Assembly: GCA_965235115.1 (NCBI GenBank)
Contig: OZ249451.1
Coordinates: forward strand, 12,214,001-12,278,000
Direction: 5' to 3'
DNA length: 64,000 nucleotides
Source of the DNA: Laetmonice hystrix
Taxonomy: Eukaryota
Below the pieces are notes generated by a model. The model was given only the letters and a program-made list of their open reading frames with translations, did no database searches and was not told the DNA's origin. Position numbers and translations under genes: made by a program. Shown here piece by piece: positions 11,748 to 22,690 of this stretch; the first letter of the stretch is position 1; each line of letters opens with the position of its first letter.

Positions 11748-12890
11748 ATGGTTTCCTATCAAATAATCGCGCTGTGCGTTCTCACTGTTCCGTGCGTGCT
11801 CATCTATCTCTACATCGATCAAGTTCGCCATGTTTTCCCGATCTATCGTCATGCGAAGAAGAACACCACGAAAGGAGCATCACCGCGCACCATTCTGATG
11901 TGGTCCTCTCTGTGGGGTCAGTCCCAGAACATGGCGCCGGGCGACTTCCGCCGGCTGAATTGTCGCGTCTCTGATTGTTACGTCACATACGACCGGCGTC
12001 GGTTTAACGTCAGTGACGCAGTGGTGTTTCTATTTGAGTCTGCAAGTGACGTACCACCAACGTGGAGACGACCTCCAGGCCAACGCTGGGTGTTCTTCAC
12101 GATGGAGGTGCCCTCGATATCAGTCGAAGCGAAGCTAAGGCACTGGAAGAACGTCTTTAACTGGACGATGACGTATAAAAAGGATTCCGACATTGTGGTT
12201 CCGTATGGATACAAAAAACTCAAATCCCATGTTCAAATGAAAAACAGAAATTATGCTGCAATCATGAAGGCTAAGCCAAAGATGGCTGCGTGGATGGTTA
12301 GTCACTGCTCCGCTCCTAGTAAACGTGACCTTTACGTCAGGGAACTAATAAAGGCAGGTCTTCATGTGGATATCTACGGGGAGTGTGGTCCCCTTCGATG
12401 TCCACGATCTAAGGAGAAACACTGCATGAAGCTACTCAATCAGACCTACAAGTTTTACTTGTCTTTTGAGAACAATTTATGCGTTGATTACGTTACTGAG
12501 AAACTGTTTAAGGTACTTAATCTGGATATCATCCCCATATACCGAGGAGGCGCACACTACACTCGGATCAACATCCCACCATCTCGGTTTATTAATACCG
12601 CTGACTTCCCCTCGGCCGCTAAACTTGTCAACTACTTGAAATATCTCGATGACAATCCCGAAGAATACACCAAATACTTTTTACATCAGAATAATTATAA
12701 ATACGAGTGGCTGGGTGAGGTTAAATATCATACACCACTTTGGTGTTCCCTATGTGAGCGGCTTCACAACCCCAGCGAACCCGTTAAGTTTTATGGTAAC
12801 CTTGGTTACTGGTGGAATCATAGGAAAGATTGTCACGAGGCTAATGACCTTCACACGTCATTGTCTCCGCCCTTCGGGGCACGTGGATAA
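11748..12890 (+). CDS. Alpha-1,3-fucosyltransferase (GT10 family), type II membrane protein, 380 aa, intronless CDS
   Basis: N-terminal hydrophobic anchor; motifs QRWVFFTMEVP, FNWTMTYKKDSD, WMVSHC, VDIYGECG, YKFYLSFENNLCVDYVTEK, YLKYLDDNPEEYTKYF. Upstream acceptor TTTTCAG at 11702 implies a 5' UTR intron. Confidence 0.95.
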   Translation: MVSYQIIALCVLTVPCVLIYLYIDQVRHVFPIYRHAKKNTTKGASPRTILMWSSLWGQSQNMAPGDFRRLNCRVSDCYVTYDRRRFNVSDAVVFLFESASDVPPTWRRPPGQRWVFFTMEVPSISVEAKLRHWKNVFNWTMTYKKDSDIVVPYGYKKLKSHVQMKNRNYAAIMKAKPKMAAWMVSHCSAPSKRDLYVRELIKAGLHVDIYGECGPLRCPRSKEKHCMKLLNQTYKFYLSFENNLCVDYVTEKLFKVLNLDIIPIYRGGAHYTRINIPPSRFINTADFPSAAKLVNYLKYLDDNPEEYTKYFLHQNNYKYEWLGEVKYHTPLWCSLCERLHNPSEPVKFYGNLGYWWNHRKDCHEANDLHTSLSPPFGARG

Positions 12891-13150
12891 GGTTTCTCCA
12901 CTCTATCAACTTGAGGAGAACAACATGGAGATCTCATGTAGATCTAGTAGTCAGTTGTTGCCATGGCTGCACGCGGCATGCCTAGTGTTTCAGTTTGTAC
13001 ACTGGTTATACAAACATTTGTCCATACATTCTCAGACCTGTGTATTAAAAAAAAACATCCGTGAGGTCAACATTATAGCCTACTGGTTGACGGTCAAACC
13101 TATAGGCCTACAAGTGTATTTTTTATCAAGGTTTTAAATACTGTACTTAA

Positions 13151-14774
13151 AGGGGCATGCTATAAAACACGTTTTTGAGGATTTCCGGCAATTCTCCAAC
13201 ATGACCGTGTACTGGGGATCCAAGTAAATAATCCTACCACAGCATTTTGTCCTCCGACGTGTTTTCGCTGTGTATGCAGCACAAGTAGGTTCTATACGAC
13301 CAAACCTATAGATTGCTCCCGATAGCACATCTCCCGCCATAATTTGGCGGACAACCTCCCATCAACCCGTGTAATTGCATACTGTGTCACATCCTGTGTG
13401 TGCACTCTCTGTATGTGCTTAGTCACGTGCTTTGCTTAGTTGTAAACAATTCAGCAGTTGCACTCGATCGTCCGGCATCAGAATGCCACCCAAAAAATAT
13501 TTTACGAAATCGGCAGAGAAGCGGGCAAGGGAGCTTAATAAACTTCGATTTCTCACGTAAAATGAAACTGATAAGTCTGTCTTTGTTTACCAAGCAATTT
13601 TAATGAAGGATCTCTTGATGAAAACAGCAAAAGTTACAACAACTTACAAAATGACATACTAGCTATTAATGAATGGTGCCGAGTAAACCAATTAACCTTG
13701 AATAAAAAGAAAACTGAATATATTGAATTCTCCTTTAAGCAATGCCCACAAGATACCGAAGCCAGCATTCTGAAACTAGATGACCATATCCTACAAAAGG
13801 TTACTGAGTATAAATATTTAGGTACGATACTTGATCAACGCCTCACTGGAGTACCGCAATATAACAAAATAATGAAATCAATTAACAGCAAAATTGCTAC
13901 CTTAGCTAAAATTAGGTATCTAATTAACACTGATACTGCATTAGCTATATACAAAACTACTATACTCCCACTACTTGACTACAATGACTTTATATATTAT
14001 TTACTCCCTGAGAGTAAGTTGAAGAAGATTGAAACCCTTCAAAACAGAGCACTTAGATGTGTTTATAACTACCATCCTCTTCACACCCAAGAAATGCGCG
14101 AAATGTCGGGCCTTCCTCACATGAAGGATCGAAGAAAATTACACATGTTGGGTTTAATGTTTAAGCGTAGTAATCTCGAGGAATATATTGATAACAGGCA
14201 GCTAACCACAAGACAATTTTCCGAGAATATTGTACTGAAAGTCCCAAGCTTTCGACTTACTAAAACAAGTAAATGTCCACAGATCCTAGGTAGTAGACTA
14301 TGGAACGAATCCCCTCAAACAATACGCAAAGCCAAAACGTACCCTCAGTTTAAAACCATGGTTAAAAACTTCTACAACATGGTATAAAAGACAATTCAGC
14401 GACCTATCCCCTATCCCCCCTCACAACTAGTATAATTACTACCTTATATTATCTCACCCTGACCCCCTGGGTAAAACTAGAACTGTCTTTGTATATATAA
14501 TTTTTTTTTTCAATATGTTCACTGTATATATATGTTTGTACCACCACTATATTTGTATATAGCCATTCTCATTCTCGCTACACCTTCGCCAAGCTATACC
14601 ATAAAACGACATGTAAGGAACTCAATAGAGTCCAGATCAGAAGGGACGGAAGACCGGACTGTATATCTCCGAGTCCCTTCATACTGGTACAAAGTTATGT
14701 TAATAAAAAAAAAAAAAAAAAAAAAAAAGTTCTATGAAATACCTATTTTTAACGTTTCCTCATAATATGCCCCT
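13151..14774. mobile_element. Kolobok-like DNA transposon derivative (TTAA-flanked, AGG termini)
   Basis: TTAA at 13147-13150 and 14775-14778, with inverted termini AGGGGCAT / ATGCCCCT immediately inside them. Confidence 0.65.
13620..14728 (+). mobile_element. 5'-truncated non-LTR retrotransposon (LINE; C-terminal RT/thumb region, 3' UTR, poly-A)
   Basis: Frame reads LQNDILAINEWCRVNQLTLNKKKTE...VTEYKYLGTILDQRL...IYKTTILPLLDY...LQNRALR, stop at 14387. AATAAA at 14702 runs into a 24-nt A tract ending at 14728. Confidence 0.88.
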
Positions 14775-15578
14775 TTAACCCCCTCACCCGCCCCCACCCC
14801 CATCCCCACCCAACCCTTCACCGACCCCGACCCGCACCCACCACCACCCCCACCCAAATTTGAAATGACAGTTAGACCTACAGTTACGGAAAGTTTTGTC
14901 AAAAACCTGAGTTATGATTTATATTTCCGTTAGATGGCGCCAATGTATATCCCGATTGATCATTGTCGCCGATAGATGGCGTCTCAGAAACCACGTTTGT
15001 CAGTCGGTCAGTCTATCTATCCACGGGTATACGAGTACATGTACATGTATTATTACCCCTTGCTTTGATACCGGCACGCACACCATTAAAGTCTAGGTCC
15101 AGATCAGTCACAATATCTTGTAACCTTCTGACCGAACATGGGGGAGGACTTTGTCTTTAGCTTACTGAAAATTAAATTGGATGTTATCTTTGAGTATGCA
15201 GAGATAGAGACAGATCGAGAACAGTATAGTGACAGCTAGTCTGACTCCAAAGTATGGAATGTCAGGTCGATTTGTGAGCGGAGCTGGTCCCGTTTAATTT
15301 TAGGGACTTGGGTGTGGGTATACGTGTAGGTTGGGGGGGGGGGGGGGGGTGAGGTGTGGGGATGGGAGGGAGGTTGTGCCCCCCCCCCCCCCATACCTGG
15401 GTGCTGTAACAGAGCGCCATTGTTGCCCCAGCTCGGATGATAAGACTAGGCCTACATGTCGGAATGTGACGTGGTGTCATGCCAGGGAGGTCTGTCCCTC
15501 TCTCGGTCAGGGTTATGTATACCGTGGGGTCGGCAGGCGACAGTCGAGTGTCAACGTACCTACTTGTAGGCGGCGGAA

Positions 15579-16288
15579 TTATCTGTTCCGCTGATTCATG
15601 TTATAACCAGTGACAATATATTATCTGTTCCACTGATTCTTGTTATAACCAGTGACAATATATTATCTGTTCCACTGATTCTTGTTATAACAAGTGACAA
15701 TATATATATCTGTTCCGCTGCTTCATGTTCTAACAAGTGGCAATATATGATCTGTTCCACTGATTCATGTTATAACCAGTGGCAATATATTATCTGTTCT
15801 GCTGATTCTTGTTATAACCAGTGGCAATATATTATCTGTTCCACTGATTCATGTTATAACCAGTGGCAATATATTATCTGTTCCACTGATTCTTGTTATA
15901 ACCAGTGGCAATATAATGATCTGTTCCACTGATTCATGTTATAACCAGTGGCAATATATTATCTGTTCCGCTGATTCATGTTATAACAAGTGGCAATATA
16001 TTATCTGTTCCACTGATTCATGTTATAACCAGTGGCAATATATTATCTGTTCCACTGATTCTTGTTATAACCAGTGGCAATATAATGATCTGTTCCACTG
16101 ATTCATGTTATAACCAGTGGCAATATATTATCTGTTCCACTGATTCTAGTTATAACAAGTGGCAATATATTATCTGTTCCACTGATTCTTGTTATAACCA
16201 TGCAGTGGCAATATATGATCTGTTCCACTGATTGTTGTACAGTGTCAATACATTATCTGTTCCGCTGATTCATGTTATAACCAGTGAC
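15579..16288. repeat. 42-bp minisatellite, about 17 copies
   Basis: Unit TTATCTGTTCCACTGATTC[A/T]TGTTATAACCAGTGGCAATATA; explains the repetitive ORFs at 15747 and 15916. Confidence 0.95.
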
Positions 16289-17676
16289 ATCAGTCCCCCT
16301 CCGCCAGTGGCAGTATACACCACCTTTCTGTAATAATCTCAGACTCTCCAGGTTTGTGCCGGAAGATATTTATCTATGATTGATGTTGGCACGGTGGGAG
16401 CAATTCTGCTGTAAGGTAACCCGCCGTGGGTTACTTCTTGAACCAGAACGTTCTCTAGGGAGGGAGGGGGGGGGGGGGGATTAGGCATAATTACATTCAT
16501 GTACATAATCTGATATTGGCCCCAAATGCGACCTTTCTTCCCATATCTAAAGCCATAACAAAGATGTATGCCCATATAAGGACTCATTAAGATCGTGGCT
16601 ACGATTTAAACATTTGTCGCATTTCTGTCTCCAATCAACTGGCTTAAAAAGAGAGTTAAACTTTTGGGTTGGTTGATGCCAATCATTGTAATTGATGTGC
16701 ATCCTTGTATTAACGGTCTTTGGTTAATTGCCCCAGGACGGCTAACCTTAACAAAACACCCCCAATACGGACTTCACTAATATTAGAAACTTCTTCCATA
16801 ATGACAATATCTCCGTTTTGCCCCTAGGGCAATGTTTTTGCAATATTGAAGTCTGTCTTTATGACTGTTGTCTGCCCTGCTCGCCAATCCTGATTACATA
16901 CTTTGTATTTTAAATCAAGATTTTCAATCAATAAATTATCTATCTATCTCCCCATCTATCTATCTATCTATCTGTCTATCTATCTTGGCGTACAGAAGAA
17001 GTGGCCAGGTGTATAGCTCAGTCACGGTGGTGGGGGATGAGGGGGGCGTCACGGATGATGACCATGGGGGTGGGGGTCAGGGGTATAACCCCCGGGCCTT
17101 CAAAAACTTTCTTTTCTTTTTTTCCCATTGAACTTTCTGAACTGATCCTTACCCCCCTCCATACCAGAATATAAATCCGCCTTTGTTTGTTTTTTAAAGG
17201 TATTCTTTGGAGGGTGTGGGGGGGGGGGGGGGGTGTCGTATGACCCTTGGCATTCATGTGGAATATTGCCCCCTCAGATGGGACCTTTAGTTCTCCTGTT
17301 CACCACCAGATGGTGGCGTCGCTCTCTACCCTTCCCGTATAGAATGTCACAAGTCACAGCGCCGTCCCTGCTCCACGATATGCCATTGATCAGGCATAAA
17401 TTATGAATTATTCGCTGCAGTCCTGTGGAATAACCGAACTGTGATGTCAGCGGAGGATGGTCATCTACAGGACGTCTACAAGATCTAGTTCTGACTGCAG
17501 CCTTAGTGAGGACGCCCGGAGCCTGCTATGATCAAACCTTCCACCAGTTAAACCTAATTGTGGCCAGGTGGCCAGCAAGTGGTTGACACCTGCTAAAGTA
17601 CCGTAACACGGCGCCGGTACAGTCCGGGACAGTGAGGCCGGTACAAGGCGAGGCTACACCCGGCTCAGTCAGACAC

Positions 17677-17700
17677 CAGCAGCAGCAGCAGCAGCAGCAG
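17677..17700. repeat. (CAG)8 microsatellite
   Basis: Direct count. Confidence 0.9.
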
Positions 17701-18612
17701 CCCAGGCTGGCCGACGCCTGTAGCAACAGGACCCCAGTAGCCGGTGACGCAGATGTGACACATGTTCTAGCAAGGACAGACACGGTGAGGGACTTGTTAA
17801 TTATCACCAGGACGACTATCTGTGGGATTTTCCCGGTTGCCATGGCAGCCAGTGAACCGTGAAGTGTGGGCAGGTGGTCGGACACAGCAGCTGTCGTTGT
17901 GACCAGGCGGACGGACGACGGCCCGTGCACGTTCTCCTGTTACGGACGGAGCCCGATAGGTGGCGCTATCTGACCAGGAGGTGGCTGGCTCCCACACAGA
18001 CAGAGATATACGCCGCGGTTAGTGGGGGGCCTGCGAGTCTGAGCCCTACATATACTGTACATCTCTCAGACCTACATCCCGGCATACCCACACCCAGGCC
18101 GAGCTCAGCGGTATTCTCAGGTCAACACTCAACAGTTTGTCAACTGATGAAACTATAACCATCACTGCCCGGCTCTGAGTGACCCAGGCTCTGTGCACTG
18201 TCACGCTGGAGTACCATAAGGTGACACAGGGTCACACGCGACATCAACTCGTACTCTGAGCCGGAGAACATCCCGTGGGTTGATAGATAGACCTGCCATC
18301 ACGATTCACCTGTGAACCATCAACCCGCCGCTTTGTTCCTTGGGAGTATATCCACATATACACGCGTGGATATATACTTGTGTCTATGCAAGGAAACACA
18401 CAGGACGCTCTGGATATCACAATACGTTTGCTCCTCAAGGAAAGGGTTTAAAATCTGATTCAACCTCAAACTCCTTTAAGAAACCGTTGGATATACCGTG
18501 CTGATACGACGGGAGAGTGTATTCAGAGGTGAGTGTGTTTAGATTCATGATTGGAGAAATAATTGGTGTTTATATAACACCTTGAGTGATAATAACAAAC
18601 CGCTCTTGTTTT

Positions 18613-18618
<6 letters not shown>

Positions 18619-18661
<43 letters not shown>
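18619..18661. repeat. (TC)n microsatellite
   Basis: Direct observation. Confidence 0.9.
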
Positions 18662-18666
<5 letters not shown>

Positions 18667-18764
18667 ACTGGGGACTGCCGGAGATACGTAAATATATGTA
18701 AACCTAACGGTGAGCTCAGGTGAGGCATGCAGACACGTGCGCAGACTAAAGCCAAGGAGCCCAG

Positions 18765-19103
18765 CTGTTCATAGTGGAGCGGCGGAGGAGGTTTATGCTG
18801 GGTGTGTGTTATATATTCTGTCTAGGGCTCCACTGTTATAGTGGAGCGGTGGAGGAGGTTTATGCTGGGTGTGTGTTATATATTCCCTCTCGGGCTCCAC
18901 TGCTCATAGTGGTGCGGTGGAGGCGGTTTATGCTGGATGTGTGTTATATATTCTGTCTCGGGCTCCACTGTTCATATAGTGGTGCGGTGGAGGCGGTTTA
19001 TGCTGGATGTGTGTTATATATTCCGTCTCGGGCTCCACTCTTCATAGTGGAACGTTGGAGGCGGTATGCTGGGCGTGAGTTATATAATTCCCTCTCGGGC
19101 TCC
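18765..19103. repeat. About 68-bp tandem repeat x5 with a hairpin at unit junctions
   Basis: TAGTGG at 18772, 18839, 18907, 18977, 19045; GCTCCACT-gttat-AGTGGAGC stem-loop. Confidence 0.9.
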
Positions 19104-19545
19104 ATCAGGATTCCAGCGTCTCCTCATGGTAGATTCCCACGATATCTGATGGTAACAACTAAAGATACCCTAACTCACCCCTATACCCCAACCCTTGTGG
19201 GAAAGTTACCCTGCGGTATCACACCTCCCTCCCAGCTGTCTGCCATGTTAGCATGACGACCCGTGCCAGCTCGACCATTATAATACAAGGCCCCCACCAG
19301 CCGACCGCCCCACAGACCTGCTATTAAGCGGGGTGATTGTCTAGATTAGCCTTTGAACCCTAATGGCAGTACATTCAAGAGTTCATCTGACATGCTGTGA
19401 CAGTACTGCAAGATGATGTAGACTAGGGCCTACATGTATATTAGGAATATATACATGTACCGGACATATGGTGTCTCCTAACAATGACATTTATAGGGAA
19501 TGTATACCTTATACATATTCATTCTCAGCAAATTACGGGTATGGA

Positions 19546-19766
19546 GTTATAGGGTCAAGGCTAGTGATAGGTATATTGTTTGATTGGGGGAGAGGTTATA
19601 GGGTCAAGGTTAGTGATAGGTATATTGTTTGAGTGGGGAGAGGTTAGGGGTAGGGTTAGGGTCAAGGTTAGTGATAGGTATATTGTTTGAGTGGGGAGAG
19701 GTTAGGGGTAGGGTTAGGGTCAAGGTTAGTGATAGGTATATTGTTTGAGTGGGGAGAGGGTAGGGG
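19546..19766. repeat. 49-58-bp G-rich tandem repeat x4
   Basis: AGGGTCAAGG at 19551, 19600, 19658, 19716; contains GGTTAGGGGTAGGGTTAGGG. Confidence 0.9.
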
Positions 19767-21033
19767 ATATATTGATAATTCTTCATTAGAAAGTTTCCCG
19801 TTTGTGTAACGATAGGGGTCTAGACCCGTATACAGACCGTACCACCTGCCTGGTCGATCACCCCAATATATCATTGTTTGTCGTTAGTGGCGTCCATTGG
19901 ATCTAACTGCAGGCTGGAGATGATAACAGTCAGAGTGAGAGGACTATAAGGACAACCAGAGCTTTATTAGAGTCATCAGAAGATCACAGAGATTGTGGTC
20001 AGAGTTTGTTTAGATTGGAGTCAGCTCACACACGGAGTCTCTAGTTGAAAGGTTTTCCTGCTGCGACCAGGCATAGCGTCTGTCTCGGGATGTAGGCCTA
20101 TACAGGAGGCATTCTTATATTCTTCATGTCCATTAAACGATATAATCCATGGACCTGTGTGGTTGGATGTTGATGTTTCCCGGGCCGACAACCCGTAAAC
20201 TTATACCGTGTGGCTACCGACCTCGGCCTCCCCTCCGCCCGCCCGCTCGCCCCGCCGCCCGGCCCTCACCCCCCCCCCCCCCCCCCCGGCCGCCTCCCCT
20301 CTCGCTCCGCCCGCCCGGCTAGCACCCACACTCCCATACCTCCGTTCTCACCTGTGTATACAGCCACACCTGACCTAGTTAATATTGCATACGGACAATG
20401 CCCCAGCATGGATGCTATTGATCACCTTGACCCATTTTTCCTGGCAGCAATTCTAGAACTTCTAGGAATTCCTGGAGGACCCCCTAGGGAGGTTGGATCA
20501 GCAGTGAATGTGTAACGGGACATGAGGGGAGTTAGGATTTTGAGTGCTCTCCCTCACATGAAGGGGGAGTTGCAGGGAGGGCAGAGTCTAGAGACTGGCA
20601 CTAATTTGTTATGGTATAGGGCTGCGGGAGTATTCTCGGCATTTTGTGTCTGGTGTTATACCCTGACTTAGGTCAAACTGAATGCTAACCTGGTGGTTTG
20701 TACTTCGGGAGGAGCAGCCCCTGGAGATTGCTGTATTGACCCTACCGCAGGGCACCCATACTTGAGTCCCGTGATAAGGGATCGCGGTGATCTTTCAAGC
20801 TTTATTATTTCTTCTTTTCTAATGGATTATCTAAACTGACCAGTAGATCCACTTCTTCCGCAGCTGCAAGCGGGCAAGAAACCCACACATCGGGACAACG
20901 CCCTCCTATTCACAATAAGTGGCAAGGGTTGTTTTAAGGGACAGCACTGCACAGACACAACAATCCATGTCCGGCCTTTGATAACCCATTCAGGACCACC
21001 GGGTTGAGTGAGCGGAGAGCATCAGCACTGACG

Positions 21034-21737
21034 TTATAATGATTTGTAATGGTGATGTTTATAAATAATTATAATGATTTGTAATGGTGATGTTTATAAA
21101 TAATTATAATGATTTGTAATGGTGATGTTTATAAATAATTATAATGATTTGTAATGGTGATGTTTATAAATAATTATAATGATTTGTAATGGTGATGTTT
21201 ATAAATAATTATAATGATTTGTAATGGTGATGTTTATAAATAATTATAATGATTTGTAATGGTGATGTTTATAAATAATTATAATGATTTGTAATGGTGA
21301 TGTTTATAAATAATTATAATGATTTGTAATGGTGATGTTTATAAATAATTATAATGATTTGTAATGGTGATGTTTATAAATAATTATAATGATTTGTAAT
21401 GGTGATGTTTATAAATAATTATAATGATTTGTAATGGTGATGTTTATAAATAATTATAATGATTTGTAATGGTGATGTTTATAAATAATTATAATGATTT
21501 GTAATGGTGATGTTTATAAATAATTATAATGATTTGTAATGGTGATGTTTATAAATAATTATAATGATTTGTAATGGTGATGTTTATAAATAATTATAAT
21601 GATTTGTAATGGTGATGTTTATAAATAATTATAATGATTTGTAATGGTGATGTTTATAAATAATTATAATGATTTGTAATGGTGATGTTTATAAATAATT
21701 ATAATGATTTGTAATGGTGATGTTTATAAATAATTAT
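21034..21737. repeat. 35-bp AT-rich tandem repeat, about 20 identical copies
   Basis: Unit TTATAATGATTTGTAATGGTGATGTTTATAAATAA; no variants seen and no spacers. Confidence 0.97.
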
Positions 21738-22519
21738 CTAAAGCTCTCACGTTGACCTTCTCTCTTATGTAAATGGTAACTCTCAGTTGAAGCGTTCAGA
21801 TCATTATCTAAAAGGCTTTTCGATAATATTGAGGAAAATAAAAGGGCTAAATAAATTATTGTATGAAGTTTCTCGAAACGAAACATTGGATAGAGCTTGT
21901 CGCTTTGGTGCCCAGATAAATGACTTTTTCAAAAACCACTAGTTTTTTCTCGCTAATCTGTGATACAGAGCGTGGACTGTTTGTGATGGAGTGTGTGTAC
22001 TGTATATGACGCTGGTAGCAGTCAGTCAGCCGTCATAGAGTACTGTATGACTCGGGTAGCAGCCAGTCAGCAGCCGCCCAGTTAACATGGAAGTATTTAC
22101 TGAGAGCTGAGTCATGGTACAGAGCCTGTAAATCACACTGGATGATGTTAACCAGTCTCTGGGTCAGACGGGCGGTGCTAGCCTGGTCTGTGTGAAATTA
22201 TTGTCCTCTGGTCGGGTCAGTGATGAGAGGCTCTGAACGGGTGGTGGGACTCATTGAAATATGGGACCATTTACGGCGGCCAGTGGTTTTACTCCACCAT
22301 CTGCTCATCACTCCACCATCTGCTCATCACTCCACCATCTGCTCAACCGTCTGTCCGTTAACAGGACTCTGAAAACGAAGATATCAGACAGACTCACTTT
22401 AGTAAAGGGGGGATGGAGAATCCAGAGTGGCAAGAAAAAAAAAAAAGAAATCAGTGTAGAGAGAAACAGGAACATTGAGTGGTAGATACACTATAGAACT
22501 GTGTGATGTAGAGCAGCAG

Positions 22520-22690
22520 GAACAGGAGCAGGAGAAAGGGGTGGAGGAGGAGGTGAGGAGAAGGAGGAGGAGAAAGAGGAGGAGGAGAAGGGGGGGAGGA
22601 GGGAGAAGAGGAGTGAGAGGAAGGGGAATGGGGAGAATGGACGTGGCACGAGGAGGAGGAGGAGGAGGAGGAAGAGGAGGAAGAGAAAAA
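22520..22690. repeat. Polypurine (GGA/GA-rich) low-complexity tract
   Basis: Near-pure purine strand; explains the low-complexity ORFs at 22451-22838. Confidence 0.85.

Noticed and set aside
12460-12505. FENN instead of FENS in the fucosyltransferase motif
   Set aside because: Single substitution within variation I would expect among invertebrate GT10 enzymes; no sign of inactivation.
989-12890. Functional cluster linking GS paralogs, fucosyltransferase and the MAP gene
   Set aside because: Adjacency alone; no shared pathway or regulatory evidence in the sequence.
13698-14387. 229-aa ORF as a host gene
   Set aside because: It is the C-terminal part of a LINE reverse transcriptase, followed by a poly-A tail.
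16600-16915. Protein-like minus-strand frame with internal stops (…TTVIKTDFNIAKTLP*GQNGDIVIMEEV…)
   Set aside because: May be a decayed TE ORF but no diagnostic motif is recognisable; needs a translated homology search.
17400-18200. GC-rich region with (CAG)8 and several short ORFs
   Set aside because: No frame gives a recognisable protein, and no consistent exon boundaries were found.
15747-19256. Repetitive ORFs at 15747, 15916 and 18774 (also 5382, 22451-22838, 40091, 47116)
   Set aside because: Translations of minisatellites or low-complexity DNA; no splice or codon support.
21034-21737. CRISPR-like array (35-bp repeat); likewise the 42-bp array at 15579-16288
   Set aside because: Units are head-to-tail with no unique spacers, no cas genes, and the context is eukaryotic.
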